Shown: positions 38,886 to 51,096, counted from the whole stretch's first letter. The stretch: DNA of 62,939 nt, filler included, from Octopus bimaculoides (GCF_001194135.2; 6 parts of 5 records of this genome joined end to end with filler, not necessarily neighbours in it); one strand, 5' to 3'. The notes: a model not told the origin generated them from the letters alone. Translations and numbers: made by a program.

Positions 38886-39292
38886 CTGTATGTGTTTGAA
38901 AATAATACACGCAAATGGATCTCATTTCAGGTTCAATGGTGTATTTATTTGATCAATGGATCCACCTTGTCACTGACTCTTCAGAGTAAATGGCTGAGTA
39001 GCATTTCGCAGATGCATGAGAAGGCCGGCCTTTTCGATAACAGGTGTAGAGTCTATGCAAAGGACAATGTTACATAATAATAGGAATAAAATTTTAAAAT
39101 CGTTGAGTATTCTGCAGCTCTTTGTGGTACCCTTCACTCGAGTTGAAGGGTACTCAGACTGATGAGTACTGATGATGAGTGACTGATGATGAGTGACTGA
39201 TGAGATGTATACAATGAATAAGGTTTGGTAAGGCTGGCTGGACCCTTGGCCTATGTATGTGTGAGGGCACATGTACATACATACATACATAC

Positions 39293-39525
39293 AGGCGGCG
39301 AGCTGGCAGAAACGTTAGCACGCCGGGCGAAATGCTTAGCGGTATTTCGTCTGCTGCTACGTTTTGAGTTCAAATTCCGCCGAGGTCGACTTTGCCTTTC
39401 ATCCTTTCGGGGTCGATTAAATAAGTACCAGTTATGCACTGAGGTCGATATAATCGACTTAATCCGTTTGTCTGTCCTTGTTTGTCCCCTCTGTGTGTAG
39501 TCCCTTGTGGGTAGTAAAGAAATAA
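39293..39525 (+). mobile_element. SINE family C, near full length
   Basis: ggcggcgagctggcagaa A-box, gagttcaaattcc B-box, tail ending gtaaagaaata. Confidence 0.9.
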
Positions 39526-39589
39526 TACATACATACATACGTACATATGTACATATGCTCACTCCCTCATTCACTTAATCATCACCATC

Positions 39590-39997
39590 ACCGTCATCAT
39601 TGCCCTCACCGTCATCATCATCATCATTGCAATCATCGTCATCATTTAATATTCATTTTCCATGCTGTATATGGGTTGGGTGGTTTCACAGGAGCCGACC
39701 CAGCTGGAGAGCTGTTCGCGCCCCCGTTTGTTTTCGCTTGGTTTCTACGGCTGGAGGCCCTTCCTGATGCCAACCACTTTACAGAGTGTACTGGGTGCTT
39801 TTACACAGCACCGGTATGGATGCTTTCTACATGGCACCAGCACCTAAGACCTCGCAGGATTAGGGATGCTCAGCTGGAGAGGTTTGCAGGGGACGGGCCT
39901 CTTATGCAAATGCAGCCACGCTTTTACTTAGCTTGACGTGTCTCTTCAAACACAGCAAACCACCAAGTCCCTCGGTCCCCTGTCGTCCCCATCTATG
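39590..39997 (-). mobile_element. Diverged family E copy with longer 5' part
   Basis: gtttctacggctggaggcccttcctgatgccaaccact matches E; (CAT)n tail at 39590-39645. Confidence 0.7.
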
Positions 39998-41084
39998 NNN
40001 NNNNNNNNNNNNNNNNNNNNNNNNNNNNNNNNNNNNNNNNNNNNNNNNNNNNNNNNNNNNNNNNNNNNNNNNNNNNNNNNNNNNNNNNNNNNNNNNGTTT
40101 TTGTGTTAATGTCCCTGTAACTTAGCTGCTCGGCAAAAACAAAAAAATACTGACATAATAACTACCAGGATTCAAAAGACGAAAATAAATACTGGGGTAG
40201 ATTAATTCGACTAAAACATTCTTAAAGGCGGTGCCCCAGTATGGCCGCATGGCTGCAGTCTAATGACTGAAACAAATGTAAGATACCAGACAAAAAAGAT
40301 CAATCAAATTCCACTGCGGAAATATTGGTCAACCTGAGATGATGGTAGAAGACACTTGCCCAAGGTGCTGTGGAGTCGGATGAAACTGAGAGTCATGTGG
40401 TTTTCGGTGTGAAGATCTCAAGTAGAATGTTATGCAGGTGTCTGTGTGTCTTTTGTTTCTTTGTTCTAGTGTTTCAGCTTCCTGTGGGGCCTGGGGTTGT
40501 ATGGAAGCATGGGATGTCTGTTGGATGTTTGTGTAAAGGGAGGAGTGAGGGGGAGGGACAGTCGTAAAGAGAGAGAGAGAAAGAGAGAGAGAGAAAGAGA
40601 GAGAGAGAAAGAGAGAGAGAGAAAGATGGGAGAGCATGAGAAAGAGGGGAGTGTGTGTGAAATATATATATATCTATATCTATATGTATATCTATCTATC
40701 TATCTATCTATCTATATATATATATATCTATATATATATATATATNNNNNNNNNNNNNNNNNNNNNNNNNNNNNNNNNNNNNNNNNNNNNNNNNNNNNNN
40801 NNNNNNNNNNNNNNNNNNNNNNNNNNNNNNNNNNNNNNNNNNNNNNNNNNNNNNNNNNNNNNNNNNNNNNNNNNNNNNNNNNNNNNNNNNNNNNNNNNNN
40901 NNNNNNNNNNNNNNNNNNNNNNNNNNNNNNNNNNNNNNNNNNNATAGGTAAATATATATATATATATATATCGATTAATGGATGGATGGATGGATGGATA
41001 GATAGACAGACAGACAGACAGACACAAAGACACACAGACAGGTAGGTAGGTAGGCAGGCAGACAGACAGACAGACAGATAGATT

Positions 41085-41270
41085 GATAGATAGACAGATA
41101 GGCAGATAGACAGATAGGCAGATAGACAGATAGGCAGATAGACAGATAGGCAGATAGACAGATAGGCAGATAGACAGATAGGCAGATAGACAGATAGGCA
41201 GATAGACAGATAGGCAGATAGACAGATAGGCAGATAGACAGATAGGCAGATAGACAGATAGGCAGATAGA
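41085..41270. repeat. 16-bp higher-order repeat (GGCAGATAGACAGATA) x about 11
   Basis: Visible exact periodicity. Confidence 0.95.
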
Positions 41271-41439
41271 CAAACAAATAGACAGACAGACAGATGGAGA
41301 GATCGACAGACAGACATACAGTCAGATAGACAGACATAGGTTTGCATATACACAGCACCGGCAGAGGTGCATTTTATGTGGCACTAGCACCTGTAAATGT
41401 CAAGCCTATATGCATATATATGTATATTTCTATACATGT

Positions 41440-41640
41440 TGCCCCAACATCGCTTGACAACCGATGCTGGTGTGTTTATGTCCCTGTCACTTAGCGGTTC
41501 GGCAAAAGAGACCGATAGAATAAGTACTAGGCTTACAAAGAATAAGTCCCGGGGTCGATTTGTTCGATTAAAGGCGGTGCTCCAGCATGGCCGCAGTCAA
41601 ATGACTGAAACAAGTAAAAGAGTAAAAAGAGAGTAAAAGA
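41440..41640 (+). mobile_element. SINE D module
   Basis: Homology to 4250-4445. Confidence 0.9.
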
Positions 41641-42029
41641 GTATGTGCTCGAGTGTATATGCTTGTGTATATATTTATTACATTTACAAATATTATTATT
41701 GTTATTATTAAAAACAGTTTGATTTGTCCGAGTGAAGCTTGGTTTCTTAGTCTTCAGCTAGATTCCTGTATCAAGCGTACAAAACTTAAAGTTGCATGAA
41801 GTCAAATGAAACAGTTTTATATTATATGTGTGACTCCTACGAATTCTATTGAGTGCCTCTTCTTTTCATTTGTATTCCCACTTGTACATACCATCATCAT
41901 CATCATCATCATATATACATACATGGGCCTCACAGAGGCAATGACCATATATGCATGTCATCATCATCATTTAACATTCGTTTTCCATACTGCCATGGGC
42001 TGGACTGTCTACATATATGTAATTATTAT

Positions 42030-42425
42030 TGAGTGAGAGAGCAGTGCATGCCATCAAAGTGACACTGGGGTAAAATATATGAAGCCCAATATACCTGTCA
42101 TGACTATCCATCTGATAAGGGTACACCAGGCACATGCATCACAACCATATGTGCGCGACATGGTGATCTCATATCAAGATAGACAGCGCATGACCTCGCA
42201 GGTGGGGCCCAGCTAGAATTTTCTTCAGATCGAGTAGCCCACCCCACTCATAAGATCCCTGAATAAGGGTCGTTTAAGGATGATGCTCCCCCACTACTTC
42301 TGCTCATGATCAGGGATGCACATATCGTTAGCCATTTCTGCATAAACACACCTGTACCGGTGCCACATAAAAAGTACCCAGCACACTTAGAAAATATTGG
42401 TCTCTCTGATGCCATAGTAAAAGAC
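42030..42425 (-). mobile_element. Interspersed repeat (family G), class uncertain
   Basis: Sharply bounded GC-richer block; single copy here; recognised from memory as a common octopus repeat; strand tentative. Confidence 0.35.
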
Positions 42426-42463
42426 ACAAAGCTCACCGCCTTAATAATAATAATAATAATAAT

Positions 42464-42753
42464 ACCTAGCTCAGATACTAGGAAACCCCAAAATGACAGA
42501 AATTCAAAAGATAATGCTCATGGGAACTGCCCATATCCTACGTAAAATACTGTCTATGTAATCTCAAATTTGAGAATAAACACATTATTTTCTTATGGTT
42601 TCTTAAACATTCTCTAGAACAACACTATGTACAAAACCAAATATATGGCACCCTAGGCATAACACCAATGTGAACTTCTAACTTGTTGTCTTTTGAGGTC
42701 TCTGGGTGAGACCTGGAGCCAACTTGTACAAATGCAAAGCAAAAGTCAAACAT
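42464..42753 (+). mobile_element. R4/Dong-clade LINE extreme 3' end (ORF end + 3' UTR)
   Basis: YLAQILGNPKMTEIQKIMLMGTAHILRKILSM*; UTR homologous to 51455-51650; flanked by (ATA)n on both sides. Confidence 0.8.
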
Positions 42754-42784
42754 AAAATAATAATAACAATAATAATAATAATAA

Positions 42785-43030
42785 CAGAAATGGAGAAACT
42801 TTCAAAATATAAAGACCTGGAAATAAAGGTAACTTGAATATGGAATCTAAAATACTAAGACCTGGAAATAAAGGTAACTCGAATATGGAATCTAAAATAC
42901 TAAGACCTGGAAATAAAGGTAACTCGAATATGGAATCTAAAATACTAAGACCTGGAAATAAAGGTAACTCGAATATGGAATCTAAAAACAGAAACAGTTC
43001 CTATCATAGTGAGCGCATTAGGTATGATGA
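42785..43030 (+). mobile_element. R4/Dong RLE-domain fragment with internal 45-bp x4 tandem repeat
   Basis: EMEKLSKYKDLEIKVT.IWNLK...TETVPIIVSALG; repeat units start at 42812, 42857, 42902, 42947. Confidence 0.8.
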
Positions 43031-43074
43031 AAAAATATCCTGACAGATTATTTATTTTTTTATTTATGTACCCT

Positions 43075-43359
43075 TTTAAAGCCTAACCAGGCTCATGGGC
43101 CCGGTTTCCCGGTTTCTATGGCGTACGTGTTCTCCCCAGCTGGACGGGACGCCAGTCCATCGCAGCGTTACTCAAGAAACAGGAAGAAAGAGTGAGAGAA
43201 AGTTGGGGCGAAAGAGTACAACAGGGGTCGCCACCACCCCCTGCCGGAGTCTCGTGGAGCTTTAGGTGTTTTTGCTCAATAAACGCATACAACGTCTAGT
43301 CTGGGAATCGAAACCGCGATCCTAACTGCTGCCCTAACCACTGGGCCATTGCACCTCCA
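43075..43359 (-). mobile_element. SINE family B variant (alternative 3' half)
   Basis: B head, 3' half shared with 53702-54010. Confidence 0.85.
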
Positions 43360-43514
43360 CATTCAGGCAAATACATAACAAAAACACCAGGACTTACAAA
43401 NNNNNNNNNNNNNNNNNNNNNNNNNNNNNNNNNNNNNNNNNNNNNNNNNNNNNNNNNNNNNNNNNNNNNNNNNAGCACGTTATAAAAATAAAACTACTGA
43501 ACAATAATAATAAC

Positions 43515-43594
<80 letters not shown>

Positions 43595-43885
43595 CATTTC
43601 TTTGCCACAAAGGCGAAGGATGGTGGGGGAGGGACAATACAAAGACAGACATAATGTGTTGGGATTTACATGTAATGAAATGATCAATAAAAAGAAAGAA
43701 AGTATAAATGGTATAGACTGGAAAAGTGTAGGGACATATGCATACTTTTACTTCTAATTTTATTTGTTTCAGTCATTTGACTGCGGCCATGCTGGAGCAC
43801 CACTTTTATAGCATACAAAGGTTTAAAAAAAAATATGGTGGGGAGTATGCATAATAATAATAATAATGATAATAATAATAATAAT

Positions 43886-44180
43886 AGACATTGTTGTGGT
43901 AGATAAAGTAAAAAAGGGAACCACGGTTATAGGTATTGCAATACCTGGAGATGCATGCATAAGTGACAAAGAACTAGAAAAGATGGAAAAGTACAGACTA
44001 TTAAAAGATGAAATTGCAAGAATGTTGACGATGAAGAGGGAGTCTATCATTCCAGTAGTCGTAGGGGCACTCGGAGCACTAAAAACCAAGTTTGAGAAAT
44101 ATGTCAGAGAAATCGGAATTCATTTGAGAGCAGAGCAAGCCAAAGAAAATACTCTGTTGGGGACAGCTAAGATTTTGAGA
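43886..44180 (+). mobile_element. R4/Dong-clade RLE domain fragment (second subfamily)
   Basis: DIVVVDK...IAIPGD...KELEKMEKY..L..EI...IPVVVGALG...LLGTAKILR. Confidence 0.85.
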
Positions 44181-44201
44181 TTTGGTAATTTGATGTTGAA
44201 T

Positions 44202-44400
44202 GTCATCATCATCATCATCATCGCCATCATTTTTTAATGTCCGCTTTCCATGCTGGCAAGGGTTGGATGGTTTGACTGGGGACTGGTGAAACCAGATGGC
44301 TGCACCAGGCTCCAATCTGATTTGGCAGAGTTTCTACAGCTGGATGCCCTTCCTAGCGCCAACCACTCCAAGAGTGTAGTGGGTGCTTTTACGTGCCACC
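44202..44400 (-). mobile_element. SINE-like family E
   Basis: Homology to 36712-36900. Confidence 0.85.
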
Positions 44401-44548
44401 ACAATAATTAACAACCAAGTGTCAAAGCTTGTAATGTGCGGAAAGAGACCTTGTGAAACCCTCTGACAACAGGCAGCTGTCTGCTCTCACAGAATCAACC
44501 AGAACAAACAAGATTGAAAGTTCTGAGAAGTAAAACAACAACAATTAT

Positions 44549-44916
44549 AACAAGAGCATTCAGAGAGCGCAAACCTCCACCAAGGCAGCACCAACGTCAT
44601 CTCAATGATTAGCCAGAGATGATTTTTAAAATGTGAATATCTGAAATAAATAAACTCGGTTGATCGCACAAACGAGAATACTAAAATTGAACCCGACCGC
44701 TCTCAAAAGTTAAGTAAAATAAAAAAACGGAAAACAATCCAGAATCCTTGTCCAGTACTGGATCGATCCCAAAATCTAATCAGTTTGTACCAGTCACGAG
44801 GCCAAATATGTAAGTTTCATCTGAATCCATCTGGTGGTTCTGGAGATATCTTGTCCATGGACAAACAAACATGACTGAGAACAATACCGCTGCCTTCGCT
44901 ATAGGTGGAGACAATA
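44549..44916 (-). mobile_element. Helentron-associated non-autonomous element (HINE-like)
   Basis: 5' attgtctccacc, (tttg)n stretch, 3' ccttggtggaggtttgcgctctctgaatgctcttgtt; short subterminal inverted repeat (ctccacc/ggtggag). Confidence 0.55.
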
Positions 44917-45199
44917 AAGATTTTGAATATAAAAACTGCAAAGGTTGTGCCTGCATGCATTGGGAACTGTAAGTAAAGATATAGACAAATGGATGAAGGA
45001 GATTGGAATAGAATGTCATGTAGAGCTTCTAAAGAAAGTTTGCCTCTTGTAGTCAAGAAAGATTATCAGGAGGGTCTTAAGCACTTGAAAGACTATTGAA
45101 AGCAAGTGGACACCTAAGGTCACAGGTAGGAATCTGCTACTTACATGAATACTACCAGGAATAAGAATTGAACCTGAGTCAAATCAATAATAATAATGA

Positions 45200-45495
45200 T
45201 CTTTTCTATTCTAGGCACAAGGCCAGAGATTTTGGGGGAGGGAGCCAGTTGATTAGATTGACCCCAGTATGCAACTGGTACTTAATTTATTGACCCCCGA
45301 AAGGTTGAAAGGCAAAGTTGACCTCGGTGGAATTTGAACTCAGAACGTAAAGACAGACGAAATAAAAAAAAATAATGATCATGATGATTTTGGCACAAGG
45401 CCAACAGTTTTAAGGTGAAGGAGTTAAGTCCATTACATCAACCCCAGTATGCAGTTGGTACTTATTTTATTGACCCTGAAAGGATGGAAAGCGAA
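45200..45495 (-). mobile_element. Two tandem truncated SINE family C copies
   Basis: Homology to 6812-7003. Confidence 0.85.
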
Positions 45496-45746
45496 ATTTT
45501 GGATGGATGGAAGGATGGATGTGTATGTGTATGTATGTATGTATGGGAACGCGCTTGCACTCACAAGCACACAGACACACATACATGATGTAGGAAATTA
45601 TTGAATATCACATGTCAGCTAAGTCAAGATCTGACATGGTGGTGGCGGTGGGGGCGGGGGGTTTAAGGTTCAACAAAGCAACAACAACAACAACAACAAC
45701 AACAACTAAAACAAACTCAGTCACAGGCAACAATACATATAAACCA

Positions 45747-45781
<35 letters not shown>

Positions 45782-45790
45782 TGTGTACAT

Positions 45791-45821
<31 letters not shown>

Positions 45822-45834
45822 GATAGATAGATAA

Positions 45835-45874
<40 letters not shown>

Positions 45875-47377
45875 GTAGACAGATAGATAGATATAAACAT
45901 ATATACATATTTATATTTATGTAAATATGTATATATATTTATATTTATAGGATAATAGAACGAATTGTTTACATATATATATGTATGTATGTATGTATCC
46001 CCTTTAAAAACTATCTCTCACCTACCTACCTACAAACTACCACCTCCACTTCTGCTGTTACTACAACAACAACAAAAACAACTACTACTACTACTGCTGC
46101 TGCTGCTACTACACTGCTATTGCTGTCACAATTCCTATCTGACTGTGATTGCTCTAGATTCTGTTGTTTGAATCAGCCTAAACTTGACTGTAGTATCAGT
46201 CCAACATATAATGGCACCAGAATATGCAATGCAATGAAATGCAATGTTTCTTCAGCAGCTATTTTTGGTGTGTGCTACTGCACTTATTATGATGCATGTT
46301 GCACATTTCGCTCCTGGTGCTAGAGAGAGAGAGAGAGTGGTGAGGATTATGAAGAGCAGTCTCCAAGACATGGCAGAAATGGAAGCGAAATATTGGGAAA
46401 ACGGGAAAAATGGGAAAATGGGAAAATGGGAAAAAGGGAAAACTGAGAAGAGGATTAGGGTGGGGGATTTTGTTTACTGGAAAGGACTCAATACAGGGTG
46501 TAGAGTTGGTAGTTATATGGAAGTAGTAAATTCCGTGAATCATAAACAGATTAACAATATGTATACATGCATAAATACATGTACATACATACACAAACAC
46601 ACACATATATATATATATATATGAGAGAAAGAGAGAGGGAGAGAGTGATGCATATATACACATATGTGCATATATATATATATNNNNNNNNNNNNNNNNN
46701 NNNNNNNNNNNNNNNNNNNNNNNNNNNNNNNNNNNNNNNNNNNNNNNNNNNNNNNNNNNNNNNNNNNNNNNNNNNNNNNNNNNNNNNNNNNNNNNNNNNN
46801 NNNNNNNNNNNNNNNNNNNNNNNNNNNNNNNNNNNNNNNNNNNNNNNNNNNNNNNNNNNNNNNNNNNNNNNNNNNNNNNNNNNNNNNNNNNNNNNNNNNN
46901 NNNNNNNNNNNNNNNNNNNNNNNNNNNNNNNNNNNNNNNNNNNNNNNNNNNNNNNNNNNNNNNNNNNNNNNNNNNNNNNNNNNNNNNNNNNNNNNNNNNN
47001 NNNNNNNNNNNNNNNNNNNNNNNNNNNNNNNNNNNNNNNNNNNNNNNNNNNNNNNNNNNNNNNNNNATATATATATATATATATATATATAAATTCAATA
47101 ATAGGATGAATTCTTTTACAAGAATTTATCATGTAGCTAGCGTGAAAAAAACTTCATAAGGGAAAAAATCCATCATTTATTCCCGAAATATATATTTTTA
47201 TTTATATAAGGGCATTACTATATAATAACGCCTCACGCCATGAGGGACTCCAAGGTCAGACTACCATAAAAAACACATTTTTTACCAAACACAAGGAAAT
47301 GCAACTCTCAAAGCCAACCCCTTAAAAACAGACTGAATTATAGTATATCCATATACTAACATATATATGAATACACA

Positions 47378-47416
<39 letters not shown>

Positions 47417-47544
47417 AAAAATGCACACACACACATATAACCAAGCATGTGTGTGTGTGTGCGTGTGTGTGTGTGTGTGTACATGTGTGTGAGTGTGTGT
47501 GTGTGTATGTGCATGTGTGTAGTGTATATACTTCAGCAATGGCC

Positions 47545-48060
47545 TGCTTTACTGTGTCTACTTTGAGTAGTCTTCCAGTTCTCCTTATATAGTCTTCACA
47601 TTCAGCCACCTCACTTGGTAACATTTTTCATGCCTCTTCTCAGCCATTAATGATGTCAAGTGTGCCACCACCATCATTCCGCACACACATCTTTCTTTCG
47701 TAACACCTTGATTTATGCTGCTGTCACACAGGTTTACCTTACAATACAGAACACTCCACACTTTCCATCCTCACATCGCAGAGCATCGGCTCACCTCCTA
47801 CTTTCCGCCCCTCTCTCTTCGCAGGCCTATACCAAACATCCAGTTTCTCCATCGGAGATACAATATCGCTCTTTCCTCTCCGCGTTTCCCCCATTCTTTT
47901 CAGACCTATCTTCCAGGATTCATAACTACATCCTGCCAAACCATTCTTACCGTCACTTTGTGTATGGCTGCAGCACTGCTCTATCTACAGTTGACTTCAA
48001 TTGCTGTTTGGCTTCTATTTCCATCTTCTTCTCAAATTATGTATCAACTATGAACCTACA
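47545..48060 (-). mobile_element. Decayed LINE ORF relic (RTE-like, region between endonuclease and RT)
   Basis: Pieces KMCVRNDGGGTL, EEA*K and VDTVKQAIAE resemble KCVRNDDG.L / EAWK / V.KAI..MK; many stops. Confidence 0.5.
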
Positions 48061-48109
48061 TTTTATAACCGACAGTTGGAACTTAAATTTGTATCAGTTT
48101 GCACATACT

Positions 48110-48556
48110 CTTCTACTCTTTTACTTGTTGCAGTCATTTGACTGCGGCCATGCTGGAGCACCGCCTTTAGTCGAGCAAATCGACCCTAGGACTTATTCTT
48201 TGTAAGCTTAGTACTTATTCTATCAGTTTCTTTTGCCAAACCGCTAAGTTACAAGGATGAAACACACCAGCATCGGTTGTCAAGCGATGTTGGGGGGACA
48301 AACACAGACACACAAACATATACACAACCCATGCTAACATGGAAAGCGGACGTTAAACGACAATGATGACGATGATGATATATGTATACATATATACGAT
48401 GGGCTTCTTTCAGTTTCTGTCTACCAAATCCACTCACAAGGCTTTGGTTGGCTTGAAGCTATAGCAGAAGACACTTGCCCAAGGTGCCACGCAGTGGGAC
48501 TGAACCCGGGACCATGTGGTTGGTAAGCAAGCTACTTACCACACAGCCACTCCTGC
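48110..48556 (-). mobile_element. Complete composite SINE A-microsatellite-D with a family E tail fragment in the middle
   Basis: A head 48390-48556, E tail 48328-48378, D module 48110-48320. Confidence 0.85.
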
Positions 48557-48608
48557 ACCTAACACTATTCAATTTTTTTTCTCCGTGTTTTTCTCCTTGT
48601 CTCCGTAT

Positions 48609-48645
48609 TCTTTCTGTTGAAGAGCGTAGCTCGAAACGTCAAAGA
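48609..48645 (+). ncRNA. Type I minimal hammerhead-like motif (core CUGUUGA), Penelope pLTR-type
   Basis: UCUUU-CUGUUGA-a-GAGC gua GCUC-GAAAC-GUC-AAAGA: 5-bp stem I, 4-bp stem II, loopless palindromic ACGU stem III, GUC site. Confidence 0.6.
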
Positions 48646-48989
48646 CTTTCCGTATTCCCGAGCGTCATACTAATATATACTTTTGTTNNNNNNNNNNNNN
48701 NNNNNNNNNNNNNNNNNNNNNNNNNNNNNNNNNNNNNNNNNNNNNNNNNNNNNNNNNNNNNNNNNNNNNNNNNNNNNNNNNNNNNNNNNNNNNNNNNNNN
48801 NNNNNNNNNNNNNNNNNNNNNNNNNNNNNNNNNNNNNNNNNNNNNNNNNNNNNNNNNNNNNNNNNNNNNNNNNNNNNNNNNNNNNNNNNNNNNNNNNNNN
48901 NNNNNNNNNNNNNNNNNNNNNNNNNNNNNNNNNNNNNNNNNNNNNNNNNNNNNNNNNNNNNNNNNNNNNNNNNNNNNNNNNNNNNNNNN

Positions 48990-49036
<47 letters not shown>

Positions 49037-49624
49037 AATATATATATATATAAACATGAGTTCTTTTACAGGGCTTAGAAAAACCTACCAACACCACTAC
49101 AACCGCCACTGGGGAGCACATTTGCCAGCTGGATCATTAGGGATCGTGAGGGACATGTTGAATGTCAGGGTCAGAGCGGGTTCAATCAACCTTGGATGAA
49201 GACCACCACAAGTACAAGCGAATAAATTCTGGCTCATCGACTACAATGGCCTCTGCTTCTCCTTGCCAACTGATCTCATACCCTCCACCACTGCCATCAC
49301 CACTCAGGCCCCACTCATCCTCTCATGACCCTTATTTGCTTACTACTATATTTCATACTTCCTCACCCAGAACACCAACCCTATGAAGGTTTTAAGGTGT
49401 AATTTAGGTTTTGCATATCTTAGTTTATTGACCGTCATCAAGTCAAATACCAACTCTGGGCCCTTACTGTCTTAACTAGAGTCCCCTTTGTTACAAGAAT
49501 TTGGACTGCTGTTGCCTGTCTCAGAGCTAAGCCTTGTGCTAAATAATACTTGCAGGTGAAATTAGGAAAAAAGAAACTGTGCAGAATCCTGTTAGAGAGA
49601 TTGTATTTGTTGTTGAATTTTTGG

Positions 49625-49902
49625 CTTAAACCATTAGCTTTCAGATTACTCCGTCAAATGTAATGCTTATTTAGTCACATTGTTTTGAATTATTATTAAA
49701 TTAATTATCCAGATTTATATTGAAGAGATGAGGGATTATTTACATTATTTACATTATTTACATTTGACAGATATTTGTCCTCATCTTTGTTGTTAACACA
49801 ACATTTCGGCTGATAGACCCTCCAGCCTCCATCAAGTGTCTTGGGGAAATTTCGAACCTGGGTTCTCATTCCTAAGGTATTTTTCGATGTTGTTGTTGTT
49901 AC

Positions 49903-49963
<61 letters not shown>

Positions 49964-50445
49964 ATCACTGCTTGGAATCGAACTCGGAATCTTGGGGTTA
50001 GTTGCCCGCACTCTTAACCACTACGTCATACGCCCGAAACGTGTTAACAACAAACAAGATGAGGACAAATATCCATCAAATGTAAATAATGTAAATAATG
50101 TAAATTAATTAGCATTATTAAATAATAATAAATTAGTTTGTAGCTTCAAGATTTTGATGACATGATTGTTTATGTTTAGAATGACATTGTTGGATAAGTG
50201 TAAGAGGCTGGATCCGGCTGGTTTATATGCATGAAACATGTTGAATATTTGGGCTGGATATGATTAGTTGAAATGCTAAACGATTCATCCTTTAGCATTT
50301 ATTTTGGTCATACCTTCAAGATGATAAAATTGTTCATTTTTAGAATGACATCATAGAGTAGGTGTGAGAGGCTGGATCTGACCAGTAAAATATTTAGGCT
50401 GGATATGGACAGTTTAAATGCTATGCTAGAGGGTCAATATATTGA
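49625..50445. mobile_element. Two tandem decayed MITEs (piggyBac-like cctttagcatt/aatgctaaa ends); first interrupted by 49708-50100
   Basis: 50160-50280 and 50330-50440 are homologous (tttagaatgacat...gagaggctggatc...ggctggatatg...aaatgcta). Confidence 0.45.
49708..50100 (-). mobile_element. tRNA-headed SINE with hammerhead-like 3' module and inverted tail copy
   Basis: A-box tgacgtagtgg and B-box gttcgattcc (50035-49960), (AAT)n, degenerate hammerhead 49840-49795, (AATGTAAAT)3 tail, inverted tail at 50036-50104, flanking direct repeat taaattaatta. Confidence 0.65.
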
Positions 50446-50639
50446 CCAATTCCAAACCATTTGGCTCTTTGGTGCCTATAGTGGAGGCCACACTGATGCA
50501 AGTATTCAGTTGGCCTAACATTGACTACAGTGATCTGTACAACACCTTCTCCTCTAACAAAATTTTTTTTTAAATTGATGGTAATAATAATAATAATAAT
50601 AATGATAATAATAATAATAATAATAATGATAATAATTCT

Positions 50640-51017
50640 TTTACTCTTTTACTTGTTTCAGTCATTTGACTGTAGCCATGCTGGAGCACCACCTTTAGTC
50701 AAGGAAATCGATCCCAGGACTTATTCTTTTGCTGTACTGCTAAGTTATGGGGACGTAAACACACCAGCATCGGTTGTCAAGCGATGTTGGTGGTGGTGGG
50801 GGGAACGAACACAGACACACAAACACACATACATATATACACACATACATATATGTGATGGGCTTCTTTCAGTTTCCATCTACCAAATCCACTCACCAGG
50901 CTTTGGTCGGTCCAAGGCTATAGTAGAAGACACTTGCCCAAGGTGCCATGCAGTGCGACTGAACCCGGAACCATGTGGTTGGTAAGCGAGCTACTTACCA
51001 CACAACCATTCCCGTGC
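50640..51017 (-). mobile_element. Complete ungapped composite SINE A-microsatellite-D
   Basis: A head 50857-51017, (CA/TA)n 50810-50855, D module 50640-50810. Confidence 0.9.
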
Positions 51018-51044
51018 CTAATTGTAATAATAATAATAATAATT

Positions 51045-51096
<52 letters not shown>

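Noticed and set aside
42812-42987. CRISPR-like array or 15-aa repeat protein
   Set aside because: Units are directly tandem with no unique spacers, and the sequence is a duplicated LINE segment.
46244-46624. ORF with signal-peptide-like start (MFLQQLFLVCATAL...)
   Set aside because: Spans (GA)n and (AAATGGGA)n low-complexity runs and ends in a microsatellite; no domain or convincing splice signals.
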